A stretch of 64,000 nt of DNA from assembly GCA_964016885.1 (NCBI GenBank), contig OZ024742.1, forward strand, positions 52,390,001 through 52,454,000. The letters run 5' to 3'. Shown here piece after piece: positions 26,603 through 41,556 of this stretch (positions within the stretch are counted from its first letter, which is position 1; the number at the start of each line of letters is the position of its first letter). Both the position numbers and the translations under genes were made by a program. This stretch comes from Eledone cirrhosa. Taxonomy: Eukaryota. The notes beneath the pieces are model-generated. The model was not told where the DNA came from, searched no databases, and worked only from the letters and a program-made list of their open reading frames with translations.

Positions 26603-26669
26603 GTATGTCTATGCATATATATATATATATATAAACGTATGTCTATGCATATATATATATATATAGGTC

Positions 26670-26741
<72 letters not shown>

Positions 26742-26769
26742 TATATAGAGAGAGACGTATACATATGTG

Positions 26770-27147
26770 CTTATTCACGTGACTGCATCAATCAATCAAA
26801 TTTCACTTATATATGAAAAATCTTAGCCGCCCCCCTTTTTTTTAAAGGGAAATACAATGAGAACTTTGTAACGCGAACTGGCGCGAAATTTATTATACTT
26901 ATTCACGTGACAGTCATCAACCAACCAAATTTCTTTTCTAAAGAAAAAAACACCATTTTGAGCCATTTTTTTTATCCACGTAAGACAGAAGTAACATTCG
27001 AATACCAACCCGATGCGAGATAAACCACAAACCCTCCATCTCAATTTTATTTTTGAAAGCATAAGAACTGTGAAACCGGTAAAGGAAATAAATAAATATT
27101 CTTTAAAATATTCCAGTTGCATTTTCGATTTCATGTAATTTCCTTAC

Positions 27148-27150
<3 letters not shown>
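26770..27150 (+). repeat. Solo pseudo-LTR of the 800-3595 PLE family
   Basis: Matches 3310-3530 (gtgacagtcatcaaccaacc, atgcgaga-aaaccacaaa, agcat-agaactgtgaaaccggtaaaggaaataaata). Confidence 0.8.
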
Positions 27151-27203
<53 letters not shown>

Positions 27204-27285
27204 GTTATTCCGGGTTGAATCGGAGGTAACCACAGTAAGTAAGGTACTCAATACATAGCAGAGTATAACAGTTTTAATATAGATG

Positions 27286-27336
27286 AGATTCTACAGGACT
27301 AGAACTGTTTCATTCATTAGAAATCATCAGGAATCT
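27286..27336 (-). ncRNA. Type I hammerhead ribozyme
   Basis: Reverse complement of 27756-27806. Confidence 0.8.
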
Positions 27337-27755
27337 GGGTATCAAAAAATAAATATGGTATTTATAGGTCTCTACAAGTGGTAGGAGAGGGTGGGGAGTG
27401 GGATGGGTGCAGGTCATTGGTTGATAGAAAAGGGAATTCATTAAAAGCTAATTCTACAAAGCTATAGTTAATTTTTATTTTTATTTATATTTATATTTAT
27501 TTATGTTTTTAGAGTAACAAAGGCAGACAGAATTCTATAAACAGGTTCCGGATGGCATACCATTCCTTGTCAATAAGTTAACAGATGTCTATAAAATCAG
27601 TGGGGGGTCAGTCATGCTCGATAGAGTCAGCTTTGTAGAATTAGCTTTTAATGAATTCCCTTTTCTATCAACCAATGACCTGCACCCATCCAACTCCCCA
27701 CCCTCTCCTACCACTTGTAGAGACCTATAAATACCATATTTATTTTTTGATACCC

Positions 27756-27806
27756 AGATTCCTGATGATTTCTAATGAATGAAACAGTTCTAGTCCTGTA
27801 GAATCT
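27756..27806 (+). ncRNA. Type I hammerhead ribozyme
   Basis: agattc-CTGATGA-t ttc taat gaa t-GAAA-cag ttctagtc ctg-TA-gaatct; 6-bp stem I, 4-bp stem III, GUA site. Confidence 0.8.
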
Positions 27807-27890
27807 CATCTATATTAAAACTATATATATATATATATATATCGAACTTTTACGCACAGAATAGGCTCAAGGCCACCCATATGATTTATT

Positions 27891-28011
<121 letters not shown>

Positions 28012-29862
28012 AAATATATAGATAAATACGTTTGTATGGAATCGGGTCCATAAATGATATGGGTGACCTTGAGCCTATTCTGTGCGTAAAAGTTCGATAC
28101 ACAATAACAAAAAAAATACATGTACACACTGTCTGTGCATCGAGTGCTCAGTTTCATACCACCATTGGATCACATACACTATATATAACTCCCTATTTTC
28201 ATATATATATATATATATTCCAACTCGTGTGCTCCTTCTCCACATTTTATTATTATTATTTACTCTCCCACACGAGATACAGAAAATGCCTCCTAAAACA
28301 AAAACTGACTCTACTCTCATTAGCATCAATCAACAGATACTCTAAGAACTACAAAAAATAAACTCTAATTTGTCAATACTCACCAACAAACTTAATTCTA
28401 CAAGTGAAGAAACAATCCCCAAATACACATGCTATGAAATCAACGACAATATCAACAACTTATGTGAAACAATAAAAACACACCTGAATAATAACACAAA
28501 TCCTATTCAAGCGAACGAAAAAACACATGACACTAATGCACTCACAACTTACCAAATAAAAAACAAATTAATACCACAATGGTACACATCTCTTAAAAAC
28601 AGGAAATTCGCCTTTTGGAAGATGATACAAAATAATAACAAGATCTATGAAAAATGGATTAACTCATCCACATTAATCATTCCCCGCAAACTACAAATTA
28701 AATCCATCCCAAACGAACCCGAGACACAAAGACGCCTCAGGGAAAGAATGGCACTTGATAACATAAAAACCGAAATTGAACTCCTTAAATTGAGAGCCCA
28801 AGCAAATGAAGATAGGATCAAATCAATCGATGATGAGATTTATCAAGCAATGATCAATAAAACCAAAGACACCACCCTAGAAAATATTTCAAAACTATGG
28901 TTAGAGGACTGTAATAAGGAAGAATTAAAATCCCTTCAACGTTTGGAAATAAACGAAACCTGGTTCTCTAACTATGAAACACTTTTCCAAAAAGAACATA
29001 AATCCAAGAACCCCTTCATTAAAACCATAATAACAAGAAAATCCAATCACCACCCAAACACCACACAACAACCAACAACAACAAAAAAACAATACCTCCC
29101 CACATACCAAAAATAGAAGGCATCACCTCGCCCCTACCTCCTACACCCACGACATAGCTACCAGACGGATTCCCAAGCAACAAATATAGTAATAGAGAAA
29201 CATCACCTACAAGATAGACACTACAACTTCTCTCCCATCAGGAGAAACCATAGACCCCCCCCCCCCCCACACTTACAACCCCTCTAAGATCCCCACACAA
29301 CAAACCCACAACCATCATTACTTTCAACATAGAACCCAAAATACACAACTACCACACATGCCACATAGGGTCTCACAACCACACACCAACTATAAGGAAA
29401 CCCTAATCTACCCTCCACCACTAACCACATCCTACTACAACACCAGCAGCGGGCAATACAACCACACCATACAACAACAACAGCAGGACTCAATATAACC
29501 ACACAAGACAACCCTACTACAACTACCACCAACACTAGACACCCTACAACAACAGCAGGGTTCAACACAACCACACGATACAACCTAACTTCAACAACCA
29601 CCACAGCTACACACCCTCTAACAACAGCAGGGGCCAATACAACCATAAGAGACATCCAAACTTCAACAACCACCACAACTTCCGTAGTAATTTTTTAGAC
29701 ACAGCACACAGACACAGGGTAACAAGATAACACAAAACACAGGAGACAGAAAATGTAATAAAAATCGTTAATTTAACCTCTAAAGAATTAACAGACCAAA
29801 TCAACATACTCTCCAAAGGTCTGAAATTTACACCAACTCTCCAACGACCTAACTACCCCGAA

Positions 29863-30978
29863 ATGAAGGAAGATATTGCAGAATGCTGTAGAAAACTAAG
29901 ACCCAGCGAGCAACTATACGACAAATACAATGAGGATGACTCAATACCCAGGAATAGAAGCAACTACACCCCACCAAAAGGCAAGAACAAATTCCTCGAT
30001 CAATTCTGCGAACACATTACTAATTACCCATACCACCACCTACACAGACATAAACAAAAACAAAACCTAAGCGAAAAAGAATGGACTGGTCTTAACAGTC
30101 TAAAGAACGACAAAACCCTACCGATCAAAGACGCGGATAAAGGGAGTGCAGTAATCCTTATGAGGACAGATTACTACACGACTCTAGTACTCTCAACTCT
30201 AGAAAACCAAACATATTACGAAAAGGCCGCCAAACACTACACACAACAGAAAATAATGAGAAACCTAAAATCCCTACAACCCTTTACAAAGAAGGCCTTA
30301 CAGACATGGAATACAACTACCAATTTCAAAAGCAGAACCAGACTCTTCTACGGTAACCCAAAGACACACAAAAGCGAAGTAATAGGCAGGGCCTGCAAGC
30401 AAGCCACAGACATTTACATCAATATACCCCCTCCCGATGATCTTAAATTAAGACCCATAATAGCAGGTACCACATGTGAAACCCACCGCCTAAGCAACTT
30501 CCTAGATATTCTGCTTAAACCTTTACTAAAACACATAAAAAGCTTCATAAGGGACGACTTTGACATGCTCAATCACATCCAAACAACACTTAATAACGAA
30601 CATACCCTACTAGTAATCGTTGATGTCATCAATTTATATTCCAATATCCCACACAACCTAGGTATAGAGGCAATACAATTTTGGTTTGAAAATTTCCCTA
30701 GTGAATTTCTACAGCACATCCCTAAAGAATTTGTGTTGGAGGGACTCATCTTGGAAAAGAACTTCTTCGAATTCGATGCCAAATGCTACAGACAGAAACC
30801 TGGGACTGCCATGGGCACGAAAGTAGCCCCCTCATACGCCAACTTTGTCAATGGATATTTGGAAACCACACTCTACAGCAAAGTTCTAGACAAATACGGT
30901 AACCACTTCTACCTACACATAGAAAAAACTGGAAGAGATATCTGGAGCACTGCTTCATCCTCTGGCATGAAAGTATAG
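29863..30978 (+). pseudogene. PLE reverse transcriptase fragment
   Basis: DKG, PKTHK, RPIIAG, DVINLYSNIP and GTAMGT motifs; frameshift before the catalytic DD region. Confidence 0.9.
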
Positions 30979-31199
30979 ATAGACTGATTGAGTTTAAAAC
31001 CCTTCTAAATGGACTCAACTCAAACTTACAATTCACAATGGATTACAGCCAAGAACAACACCTTTTCCTCGACATCCTCATCAAGAAAACAAACAACAAA
31101 ATAGAAACAGACATATACTACAAACCCACAGACTCCAAACAATATCTTTCATTCAACTCGTGCCACTCTCGCCATACCAAAATGGCAATACCTTTTAAC

Positions 31200-31704
31200 A
31201 GTATTTCGAGAGTTAGTCACCAATTTGATAGATAGAGTGTTGTCACCAATTTAGTGGAGGAGTATTTAGAGAGTTGTAATGTTGCCACGAGTAACCACCA
31301 GTTTAGTAGAAAGATATGATAGGAATATCGACAACGACTTTAGCTTGTTTTTACATACTTTATTAACCAAGGTTAAGAAGTGAATTAGGCTGGCATGCCA
31401 AGAGAAATGAAACAAATCAATTAAGATTACAAGAGAAAATACGGGCGACTGGCTGAAAGCGTTTGGCCAGGCTCGTAGGTAATGTTTTGTCGTTACATAT
31501 TGTTTGTGCTTGCGGAGCAAAAGAACAAGCGTGTTTTACCTCAGCATGGTCCAGCTGCGAGTGATAGCGTCCTCAAATCTTTGCGGGTTATTTCTCCCTC
31601 AGAACGCGTAGGGATACATCCTCTTCTACTGGCGCTGATTGGCTGAGCTGAGCCAAATAACGCACAGAGAATGTATGTGAGCCCGCGGAATGTAGGTCAC
31701 TACA
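31200..31704. mobile_element. ~505-bp insertion interrupting the PLE ORF; contains a possible solo LTR (31275-31704, TGTA..TACA)
   Basis: Splits IPFN|LARRIC; flanking duplication accttttaac (31190-31199) / accttataac (31705-31714). Confidence 0.65.
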
Positions 31705-31883
31705 ACCTTATAACCTAGCCAGAAGGATCTGCACAATAGTTTCAGATAAATACACATGCTACACACTAGAAGAATTAAAGAACACACTTATCAGCAGAAA
31801 CTACCCACCATCCCTAATCAACAATGGATTCCAACGTGCCCTAAAACTCAACATCCAGGAACTCAGACACCCCAAACACAGGA

Positions 31884-32522
31884 ATGAACCGCAATAGAAA
31901 ACTCTACCATACATCTCCATACACAACCTCCTCAACAATGAGGCATTCGACACCATCCTCCAGAACATTACTAAAAAGAGACCCAAGAATGAACAAAATC
32001 CTCCAAACACACATCATAAAGAGCAAAAGGCAACCTAAATCCATAAAAAACATCCTCACACAAGCCAAAATCCAACCAACACTCACAATGACCCCTACAA
32101 TAAAAAAAAAATGCGGAAGGCCTAACTGTGGCATATGCATAAATCTAATAGAAGGTTCAACATTCCATTTTAAACAAGGACAACATTTCACAGTTAAACA
32201 CAACTTTACATGTGCATCTGAAAACCTAATCTATGTTTTGACATGCTCAGTTTGTCAAGAGCACTACATAGGACAGACAAAAAACAGCCCCCGACAACGT
32301 ATGACCGTCCATAGATCACAAATCAAAATACAAGAATACAGAAAGATTGCTTTTAGTGAACATATCGCCAATTGTATACCTAACCAACATCCAAACTTTA
32401 AAATTTTCCCCGTTTACAAATTCATAGACAACGCTTTTTTCATCCATCGTACCAATAAGGAAACGTACTTCATTAACAAATTCCAACCTCTAATTAATGG
32501 ACTAAACTTCGGACTAAACTAA
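31884..32522 (+). pseudogene. PLE zinc linker plus GIY-YIG endonuclease
   Basis: KRQPKSIKNILTQAK...CGRPNCGIC...FTCASENLIYVLTCSVCQEHYIGQTK...RMTVHRSQI...EHI...KETYFINKFQPLIN. Confidence 0.9.
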
Positions 32523-33236
32523 AACTGGAACGAACAATGAACCAAAACCAAATCCCTATGTTCTCTAAAGAGTTACCTCCCTCACACCCTACCTCATCCT
32601 TTTTCTTATATAAATGAATTACCCCCCCCCCCTCATTTCTCTCTCCCCCACCTGACCACCCTGAATTACCTCTCCCTGCATATTAACTCTCTAAAAAGGG
32701 AAATCATATCAAACCCCAGTCCACCATTTGCCTCCATCATGGATCAACTAAGCACTCTTGCCATAATAACACATTTTGAACTGCTTATCTTCAAGAACTA
32801 AGCCTCTAAATAATATTAGTTTTACTTTCCCATTACCTTATAATGTTCCACATTACCTCTTTTTTTACTTTACACTTCAAAAACCTTGTTTGTAAATAAT
32901 ATTATTCTTTCTTCACCATTTCCTTAACATGTTCAGCATCACCAACATTTTACACCAATACAAATTCCCCCTTTGATAATGCATAAAATGCTGAAACCGG
33001 TAATAGACAATTATTAAATATATAAATATATAAATAAATGCCATTCTTAATTAATAAATAAATGCCATTCTTAATTAATAAATAAATTAACTAATACCTT
33101 AACACTTCACACAAAGTAAAATATTTTGTTTTAAACATTTTCTAACCCAGAAAAAAGAGAAAAAAATAAAAAGAAAAACATATATTTTTCTCCCTAATAA
33201 TCGTCTTTTTCAGTCTATTTTAATATATATATTATA

Positions 33237-33294
<58 letters not shown>

Positions 33295-33464
33295 TTATTT
33301 ATTTATTTATTTGTTTATTTATTCCGGGCGAGAATTTGCTGTCAAAACTGCCAGAGTTCAAACGTCGGGCTCTCTACGATATTTACACACTACTATCATA
33401 ATTACCCAGTACCCAACTACATAGTGCTCTTACAAGTATAACCTGGTAACATTCTGACACCACT

Positions 33465-33585
<121 letters not shown>

Positions 33586-33600
33586 ATAGATAGATAGATA

Positions 33601-36600
33601 AATTTCTATTTATTGCCACGAGGGCTGAAAAGAAGGGGACGATAGAACAGGGGTAGTTTACACAAAAGAACGAATAAAAAACAAACAACAAATATAAAAT
33701 TAACAATAAAGTCCTCAAAAGGGAGGAGGTATTTGGGGGTGTCGCCCCCCCCCCCCCTCCAAGAAAAAGTGTGCAACCCTTCTCCTCAGCAGCACACAGA
33801 GAGAGGGTGCTCCCTTGTTCTTCCATCTTTTTCACCTACAGGCTGATATGGAGAGAAGGCCCATTCACACGGGCCATTCTCGCCACTTTCATCCACCTTT
33901 CATAAAACTGGCTGCGGTGGAGCACCTCTCTCTCCAGTCTGATCCTGCTTCCAAATTGATATCGGAAGAAAAGGACCAGTTGTTGGCCGGAGAGAAAGGT
34001 GCCCGACCTCAACCCTTTCAAACGCGTCCACCATACAACCTCTTTCGCCATGGCTATTACGCACAGAAACATCATTTTTGAAGGGAGGTGGCGGCTTGAT
34101 CGTTATAATGGACTCGGTGGTCAACCGGATAGGTTCCACCCGTGACAGCAGTCGTTCCACGTAGCCCCACAGATCGGCGACGCCCGGGCAGTGTACCAAT
34201 GCATGCGCGACGGTTTCCTCGTCGCGCACGCATCTGGGACAGATCTTTTTCGAGGAGTCCCTACCCGGGCGCCCATGTCTGTAGAGCTTTTCTAGAACGG
34301 GAAGCGCCCGTCGGTAGCACTGCCAGGCCAGGGACCTCTGGAAGTTTCCCATAGGTCCCGGGTTATATGTCCTACCGAACAGGCTGGACAGTTCGTCTTC
34401 CTCCATGGCTAGGGCTTCTCCGAGGGCGTCGTCGCACCTGCTGCGCACCAGCCTTCTATAGAATGTCGAGGTGGAGTTTCCACTGATAGCCGGGTCCGCC
34501 TGCCAGAGAGCCGTGAACGCCTGGGCACACTCGGTGTGCCAGGCGCCCAGTTTTCTCGGTCTTTGCTTGACCCATGATTGCAGCTCGGTGAGGGAGACGA
34601 GTCTCGGAAAGGTTCGTCTCACAAACAGAGCCCACACCGGTTGACCGGTGAGGATTACCTGGAGGTGCTGTAGCCTTAATGTGTGTTTACGCATCAGTAG
34701 CCACGGCATCGCCAGCCCTCCTTTCGAAGGGTGTTGACAGCAGATGGATTTCCTCACCAAAGGAGCCCACTTCTTCCAAAGGAATTGGAGGAGTGCGCGC
34801 TCCATTTTGGTGAGCATTTCCCTTGGGCAAGGCACGACGGACGCTATATAAGTGTTCGCCACCTCCACCCGACCTTTCAGGGATAGTTTGCACTCGGCCC
34901 ACTTCTGGGTCAGTGCAAACACACTGTTCGTTACCTCACACCAGTTCCGAACCAGACCCCGAGCAACTTCACCGGGCCCTCCGTCCAGCGTCCGACGACG
35001 CCATCGGAGGGCATCGGTTTGCCCCTCCACGTGCCGAGTTGCAAACCGATCGACTTGTCCCGGTTCAGCTTAGGCACTGTAAACCTTTCGTACTTTTCCA
35101 GTAAGGTGCCGATCGCCCCGATTTCCGAGTTGGTCGACACCATTACTGTTACCTCAGTGGCGTAGGCCGACACCATTTTCCGCAATCCTGGTTCCAAAGG
35201 GATGCCCTGCAACAACTCCAACTTCCGCAGCAGTGGATGGAGGGCCAATACTTACAGAAGGGAGGAGAGGGCACCCCTGTCGGATGGACCGCGTGATTTC
35301 GAACGGCTCCGAGAGGTAGCCGTTCACCTTGACTCTAGAGCAGATGCCGCTGCTGTGCATGGTAGTGATCCAGCCCCTGAAAACGGGTCCGAAACCTGCC
35401 GCTGCTAACACCGCATCCAGGTAACCATGGTCGACCCTATTGAACGCCTTAGATTGATCCAAGTTGATCAGGGCCCCACCAAAGCCGGGTTCGTTCCCAA
35501 CCCTCTCTATGATGTATCGCATAAGGTGGAGGTTGTCGTGGATGGAGCTGGACGGGATAGCACATGTCTACGCATCTCCCACCAGGTTGCCCACGACAAG
35601 CGCCAACCTCTTTGCTAACACCTCGGCCAAAATCTTTAACTCTGTATTTAGCAGTTATGGGCCTGAAATTACTTATTTTGTCCCCCTTGTTCTCATTCTT
35701 CTTCACTAGCGAGACTACGCCTTTGGTCACAGAACAGGGAATTCTCCCGTTATGTTGCCAGTTGCAGTAGACCGCCTCGAGGAGATCAGGGAACAAGTCC
35801 GGCATAGCTAGATATAGTTCATATGGAAGACCATCGAGACCCGGAGATTTGCGTTTTCCGCATGGCTCAGCAGCTGAAATCGGCCCCTCGGACTTCGCCT
35901 CCTTGTCCGAAAGACGCAGCAGGCCGCCGAGGTATGGACCGAAGTCCACATCCCCATCAGGCCTACCACCCCTCCCGAACAATCGGGCAAAGTGCCTTTG
36001 AAAGGCCTCACACATCTGCTTAGGTTCAAGGATCACCCGTCCTTCCTGGTCTCGCAAAGATCGGATAGTGGATCTAATCCCTCTCTTGGCTTCTGTCACA
36101 CGGGTCCAGCTAACAGCTTTGGTCCCCTCGTTTATTAGAGCACGTATTTTGCTTCGGACAACGCAGCCTTCGTGCTTCGCGTCAAAGAACTGGCCCAAGA
36201 CCGTTCTCGACGCTAGCATTCTGGCCACGTCGCCGCTTCTAATTGCCTCTTCTAGACTATCTACCAACTCCCTTTCCTTCCTATTTCTATCTGACGCTAC
36301 CTCCTTCCTAAATCCTATTGAAACTACTCTAATCGCTCTTTTGAGAGATTCCCACCACCTGCTGTTGACCGTCTCTCCCGTCAACCGATCCTTAAATAAA
36401 GTACTAATCCGGTCTCTGTACACTTTACTTGCGGTAAGAACAAGTTCAGTTTCCAGTAACCGATCCCTGTCTATGGGTTCTATCAAGGTTGAGTATGCAG
36501 ATCACTAATTTGTGATCCGAATAGCCAACCATGAGCATCTCTGGACAGCTTAAAAGGTCCCTATCCTTATTTCTAACTAGGACCCTATCTAGGTACGACC

Positions 36601-39161
36601 TAGATGGTCCGCTCCAGTTTGCCCAAATCCAGGTTGGCGCAGTCGGAAAATCTAGTCGATATCTATCGGCCAGGTCAAATCGGCCGATTAACTCATTGAG
36701 GCTGTTACACCCCCCTCTATCGGGACATGCTCCTAGATAGCCCCAACGTGCATCTAGGATACCATTCCAGTCACCCACTAAAAGCAAGGAGCGGGACGTC
36801 CCCAGAAAAGTCTCCAGACGTTGGAAGAAGTCCGGCCGCGCTGACCCAAAAGGGGCGTAGGCGGCGACCAGCCTAAAGACTCCGCCTTCACCACTGCCAA
36901 CGTCTAAAACCACCAGTCGACCCTCCGGGTCCAGGTGTACCGTCTGTGCGGCGAGACCCAGATGTTTTTGCAGCAGAACGACAACCCCACCCCCACCACC
37001 GGGCTGACAGAGAGATGCGTGCATCTCAAAGTCGTCAAAGGTGGTGGCTAGCTGGCGCACGGTGCTGATCCGGGCCTAGCAAATGACTATCATATTTATA
37101 CAGCGTGACCTGAGGTTATTTAGAAGTTTTGCTTGCTTCCAATATGAGCCCAGGCCACGCGTATTTAGACAAGCCAATTTCAATACAATTTTTCAAGAAG
37201 ACTCGATTCAATGGTTTTACACAGGGGGGGTGGGGGTGGGGGGAACGTCCTCAGGAAAATTGTCTTTTAGTTCTATATAAATGTCTATCGGAGTTTTAAT
37301 CATTTTTAAAGAGGGGTTCTTTGTGTCCCTCGTGAAATTTGGCCCTTCGGTGCAAACCGAAGGGGTTTTTTTCAATTTTGTTTACAAGTTTTATATTTTT
37401 TGTGTTGAAGTATGTGTATAGCTGTGTCTGTCTAATTTTTGTTGGTTTTTGTTCTGTATTTTTTGTGATTTGTTTTGGGGAGGGGTTATGTTTCTTTGTG
37501 TGGGTGCGGTGTGTTTTCTTTTTTTCGCTTTATTTTTTGGAAAGGTTCCCCCTCGTCTTCTGACGTTAAGGGATCCTCTTCCATGCTGGAGGGGAGGGGT
37601 ATATTTTGGGGTTTTGTTATGTATGTTGTTGGAGTTGTTTTAGGTAGGGAGGGGTTCGGTGAGACCGTGTTCAGTTTTTTTTTTACTTGTTGCGTTTGTT
37701 GTTTTTGGGGTAGTGGTGGTGGTCATTGTGTTTTTGTTTGTGGAGTTGTTTTGGGTGTGGAGGGGTTGGTGGGTCCATGTTCAGTTTTTTGTTGACTTGT
37801 TGTGTTTGTTGTTGTGGTGGTGGTGGTGCTGTTGTTTTTGTAGGTGTTGGCAGTAAAGGTTTTGTAGTTTGTTGAGGACAGGCAGCCCTCACAGAGGTAG
37901 CAAGCGGGCCGCCTACCCTCAACTGCAATATTCATAAATTGGGAGTCTTCCAGGGACACTCTTTGGGGTATCTTTGCGATACGTTCTGGTTTCATTCGAA
38001 CCAGAACCTGTATGCCTATACCGCCAAAGTGGCCCTGGTGGCTTTGCCTATATCAAGGAGTTCATCTTCGTCGTCCAGTATCCCTCCTAGTATCCACCAC
38101 ATATTTGTATTTGGGTGTATACGGGAGATTGTTATTTTTTTAGTTTTCTTCCCCATATAGGTGGAGAAGAAAGTGTACTGTTTGGACACAATTGGCGACA
38201 CCGATTATTTTTGGGCCACCAATTGGTCCTTCATCAAAATTATCAGACTCCCATATAACTACCCTCCCCAATAAAAACCATGTCCTTCAACGCGTCTTTT
38301 AACACCAGCTCAATTTCTCTATGCGATAATTGAGCTGATTTTTTCGACGTATTTGATATAGTTCTAAAATTATTTGTCCTTAGGACCGTGTCTCTTTTAA
38401 TATCCTTAGGGGAGATTATGGTGAATTCACCGTTTTCACCAAACCTCACCTGTTTTCCCCCCTCTTTTAGCAATTCCGCTGCATTACTGATGTCAACTAG
38501 GGTGAAAGTTTCGGTCTCCTTAACGACCTGGGCAAAGGATATTCGTGTAGTGGGGTCTTTTTTGTGTGTGTTTCGTTGCTGTTGTTCTTGTTTTCTTGGG
38601 TGTTTGCGTTTTGGTTGTCATTGTTTGCGATACAGTTATTTGGGTTTTCACCCATTTTTTCGTGTCTTGAATTCACATTTATGTTGTTTTCTTTGACATT
38701 GTTGCTGCTGTTTCCGCTTTTGTGTGTGTTTGTGTTATTTTCTTTGTTATTTGTGTTGGCGTTGTTGGTGTCAGTGTAATTTATACATTCTTTCAATTTA
38801 CTGTTTCTATTGTTTGGGTTATTACCCAAGTTTTTACAATTGTTCTCCAATTCCACTTTCATACTCGCATGCGAAGGCCAGAGAAGGGAAGCTTCAGTAG
38901 GTTGAGTTACTTGTTCCTCTTTATCACTTTCCCTGGGGGGCGTGGCATTGGTGTTTTCATGTATGGTGTCCATTATAGTAAGGTGTTATACAATTTTTTC
39001 AAAGTAGGTTTCACCCCCCCCCCCCCCCAAAGGGGTAAAAATAAAATAACCACCCGTCTGCAAGTCACACAAATAAAACAAACGAAACATAAACTCACAG
39101 TCGAAAACGTGATGCATATCCAAAGAGGCTGCAGCCGAAGTAACACACGTCTACTAGCAGC
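33601..39161 (-). mobile_element. Full-length, decayed Tx1/L1-clade LINE (ORF1 remnants ~37300-38970; ORF2 APE-RT-ZnF ~33836-37190)
   Basis: LACLNTRGL, GGVVVLL, LVGDWNGILD, SYLDRVLV, YSDHKLV (APE); KSPGLDGLPYELY, NFRPIT, LDQSKAFNRVDH, SIRQGCPL (RT); CPRCVRDEETVAHALVHC; flanked on both sides by (GATA)n. Confidence 0.92.
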
Positions 39162-39462
39162 GATAGATAGATAGATTTAAGCACCAGAAATTAAAATTAA
39201 ATGCAATACCAGAAGAGCACTGCAGGAAATGAAATTGTTCTTGATACTTAAGCCATAGTTATTCTGAAAAAAAAAACACTTTTATTAAAATTCTAGAGTG
39301 TTGTGTTGAAGTTTATGACTTCTGAATACTTCATAAATTGTGTATAATGACTTTAGAGTGGCCTTGTCATGACAATAATAACCCACGTATGATCTATATT
39401 AGTCCTAAGGCAACATAATTTATATATATATAGATATATGCATATATATATTTTTTCATATA

Positions 39463-39539
<77 letters not shown>

Positions 39540-39599
39540 CATATATACATATATAGACACATACAGAGGGAGGGATAAAATGATTGAGGTGGATACAGA

Positions 39600-40885
<1,286 letters not shown>

Positions 40886-40920
40886 ACCGCATATATGTAT
40901 ATATATATGTATATATATAC

Positions 40921-41053
40921 AAAAGTGACACAGAGGAGACTGAGGTTGGCTGGACATGCTCACCGACATCCAGAGTTGACATTGCACTCAGTGCTCCTTT
41001 GGGAGCCCCTACATGGACACACTAGAAGAGGAAGACCAAGGTTAACATATGTT
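40921..41053 (+). mobile_element. RTE-clade RT C-terminal fragment
   Basis: [44 protein letters not shown]. Confidence 0.75.
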
Positions 41054-41556
41054 GAATTTAGGAACAGTTTAGGTATGATACATTTTATTACTAATTATAT
41101 CTAAATGTTTCTTCTCTCTTCATAATGTATTTTTAACTCTGATACTGGTTCAGTCTGGTTCAAACTGAATTGATCTGTCCCAGTCATTCATTGAGCAACA
41201 TCGGTGAAGTTGGCACCCTTAACTCACAGTTGGGTGCGGATGCATTCATGTATATATGTGTGTGTCCGCATGTATCTGTGTGTTTCTAAATATATTAATA
41301 ACTCCCTCTGGTCGAGCAATCTTTGAAGTGTGGGGACAACTGGAAAGCTTCCATTACTCATACTTCTCGCCTTCTTCACTACCTCTTCTACGGCCTCGAT
41401 ATGAATACCCCCTCCGCCTCCGTGGTATTTTCTTCGTGGTTATAAGAGGCTTAGCTCTGTTTCTCGACCGTTATATCGCGTGACTGTCTCCCCCTCCGCC
41501 TTTTGGGATTCTTTCTCACGTCGTGTAGACGCGTTCTTGAGACTAGTAAAATGAGG

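Larger units (their letters stand above)
27205..27822. repeat. Inverted-repeat element with ~200-bp near-perfect arms (27270-27470 / 27630-27822), each with a hammerhead; degenerate relative at 10800-10925
   Basis: The arms are reverse complements on direct reading. Confidence 0.9.
28030..33225 (+). mobile_element. Near full-length, decayed Neptune-type Penelope-like element
   Basis: N-terminal region from ATG 28286 (MPPKTK..). RT at 29740-31200 (NLTSKEL..LSKGLKFTP, IKDADKGSAVILM, FYGNPKTHK, LRPIIAG, DVINLYSNIPH, GTAMGTKVAPSYAN, FLDILI). GIY-YIG at 31884-32522 (CGRPNCGIC, IYVLTCSVCQEHYIGQT..R..H). HHR-like TTGATAA..GAAACCGGTA at ~32970. Inverted 5' copy at 27841-27890. Confidence 0.92.

Noticed and set aside
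41256-41483. 75-aa ORF repeated at 41847 and 54167
   Set aside because: It is conserved only because the 591-bp copies are young; it has no recognisable domain and starts in a TG-rich patch.
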